Assembly (NCBI GenBank): GCA_023920165.1
Contig: CP089277.1
Location: forward strand, 620,001-684,000
Origin: Curvularia clavata
Lineage: Eukaryota
Direction of reading: 5' to 3'
Length of the DNA stretch: 64,000 nucleotides
Shown: positions 61,949 to 64,000 of the stretch, one piece after another
Layout of the letters: every line of letters begins with the position of its first letter
Numbering within the stretch: position 1 is the stretch's first letter
The notes under the pieces: generated by a model
What the model was told of the DNA's origin: nothing
The model's database searches: none
The model's input: the letters and a program-made list of their open reading frames with translations, nothing else
Translations under genes and position numbers: made by a program

Positions 61949-63476
61949 ATGTCTTCAACTGAGGAGCCCACCAAGCCAGAGACTGCTGCGGCAGACACAC
62001 AAGCACCAGAGGACCAAGACAAAAGCCAGGTCGATGGCGCCGTCCCAGAGGGCAATGCCCCTGCACTGGCCGACACCAAGTTCAACGTCGAGGTCAAGCT
62101 TGCCGACCTGCAGGCAGACCCCAATAACCCTCTTTTCTCAGTCAAATCCTTTGAGGACCTACAACTGTAAGCTTCATGAGATCGCTGCCTGAACGAACTA
62201 ACAAATGCAGCTCTGACGCACTGCTCAAGGGCATCCGCAACATGAACTTCCGTAAACCCTCCAAAGTCCAGGAGAAGGCCCTGCCACTGCTCCTGATGAA
62301 CCCGCCCACCAACATGATTGCTCAGTCCCAGTCCGGAACTGGTAAGACAGCTGCTTTCTCGCTGAACATCCTTTCTCGCATCGACCTCTCCAACCCCGAA
62401 CCGCAGGCACTGGCACTCGCGCCCAGCCGAGAGCTCGCTCGTCAGATTTTGGGCGTCATCACCCACATGGGCCAGTTTATGGAGGGCCTCAAGACCATGG
62501 CGGCTATCCCCGACCCGTCGCGGAGAGGACAACCGTTCAATGCACAGGTGCTGGTGGGCACACCAGGAACGGTTCAAGACATGATCAGGCGGCGATTGAT
62601 CAACCCCAAGCACGTCAAGATCCTCGTCCTGGACGAGGCAGACAACATGCTGGATCAACAGGGTTTGGGCGACCAGTGCACCCGCGTCAAGGCCCTGCTG
62701 CCCAAGGATATCCAGACAGTTCTTTTCTCCGCTACCTTCCCACCCAACGTCATTGCATATGCGAAGCGCTTTGCGCCCAATGCAAACACGCTGACTCTGG
62801 CCCACGAGGAGCTGACCATTGAAGGCATCAAGCAGCTCTACGTTGATATCGACAAGGACAACGACAAGTACGCCACACTACTCAAATTCTACGGTCTGAT
62901 GACCCAAGCCTCTTCTATTATTTTCGTGCGAACCCGTAAGACGGCTGAGGAGCTCGAGCAACGCATGGTAGCAGAGGGTCACAAGGTTGCACAGTTGAGC
63001 GGTGCCCTCGAGGGTCCTGAGCGCGACCGTATCATTGATCAGTTCCGTTCCGGAGAGGCCAAGGTTCTCATTACCACCAACGTGCTTGCCCGTGGTATCG
63101 ATGTACAGTCTGTTACCATGGTCATCAACTACGTAAGTCATGATGCTATTAGCCCAGCGCACAAAGGCTTGATGCTAACAAATCGCAGGACGTTCCAACA
63201 ATGGCAAACGGTATTGATGCTGACCCTGAAACGTATCTCCACCGAATCGGTCGAACTGGTCGTTTTGGACGTGTCGGTGTCGCGCTAACCTTTGTGCATG
63301 ACAAGCAAAGCTGGTCGCAACTACACTCTATCGCATCCTATTTCAAGACAGATCTATACCCAATCGATACATCTGACTGGGATGCCGTGGAGGAGATGAT
63401 TCAGGCCGTTATCAAGTCTTCGCGAGCAGGAAAGACTACAGAAGAGATGACTGAAATGATTACCAAGGGGGCCTAG
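61949..63476 (+). CDS. DBP5: DEAD-box RNA helicase Dbp5
   Basis: [34 protein letters not shown] and [12 protein letters not shown]. Introns 62167-62210 and 63133-63188. Confidence 0.96.
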
Positions 63477-64000
63477 AAAATTTTGAGCGTACAGAATATG
63501 GAAACATGGTAGTTTTGTCTCCAAATTAGGAAAGATATGAAAGGGAAAGGAATTGCATACCATGGAAATGAATCAAAGATACCCAAGCTTAAGCAAGCAA
63601 GCAAGTTTACCAAGTCCGTTTTGTTGGTCTCTCCCCACAACTAGTAACACCGCCACTCTTCAAACTAGCTGTTACAGCTCTCTATTACTTTAATTCTCTT
63701 GGCACTTACAACTATACTGTTTTAAAAGTAGCAGTGATTGTCACAATTACTGTTTACTATGTTGACAGCTTGTTTTGATTTTCCAGACTTCCAGGTTGGA
63801 GAGTTTACACCGTTAATGATAAATAGCTGCGACAGATACCGCTTCTTTCAAAAAGTAGATGAGCTAGTTTTATTCAAATTTCATTAGTCATAGGATAGAG
63901 AATCCATTCATTTGCATTCCTCGTTTCATCATCACGTCTCAAACGCACTGGGAGCCGTAACCAATATAACAACAAGACTACTTCCTATCAGGGCACCCGC

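Noticed and set aside
63540..64000. AT-richer tail at the window end, possible RIP-degraded repeat
   Set aside because: No transposon ORF or terminal repeat is visible, and it is too short to distinguish from ordinary 3' intergenic DNA.

Overview
This is gene-dense genomic DNA from a filamentous ascomycete. The short GT-AG introns with CTAAC/CTGAC branch points and the gene content suggest a Dothideomycete. I can support 28 protein-coding genes, most of them spliced and assembled by hand from the sequence. In order: GH72 glucanosyltransferase (partial), syntaxin Sso, Nup188, trifunctional TrpC, a BRCT protein, a hypothetical membrane protein, endonuclease III, an OSCA/TMEM63 channel, an AT-hook protein, a Rossmann-fold protein, Fta4, a CYP7-like P450, two divergent cutinases, a DUF676 lipase, Rex3, Pcc1, a small mitochondrial protein, GT25, Pfa3, a HAD hydrolase, a hypothetical protein, Efm7/Nnt1, a copper-fist transcription factor, a SUN-family protein, Bzz1 and Dbp5. 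The most striking element is an ~236-nt highly structured non-coding RNA candidate at 39467-39707, between REX3 and PCC1. It has internal Pol III A and B boxes, four helices rich in G-U pairs, a possible pseudoknot and an oligo-T terminator, and it does not look like a tRNA or any ncRNA I recognise. Two further highlights are a P450 with an intact frame but no heme-ligating cysteine, and a head-to-head cutinase pair whose shared promoter has four CTF1/FarA-type sites. No intact transposon, rRNA, tRNA or CRISPR array was seen.
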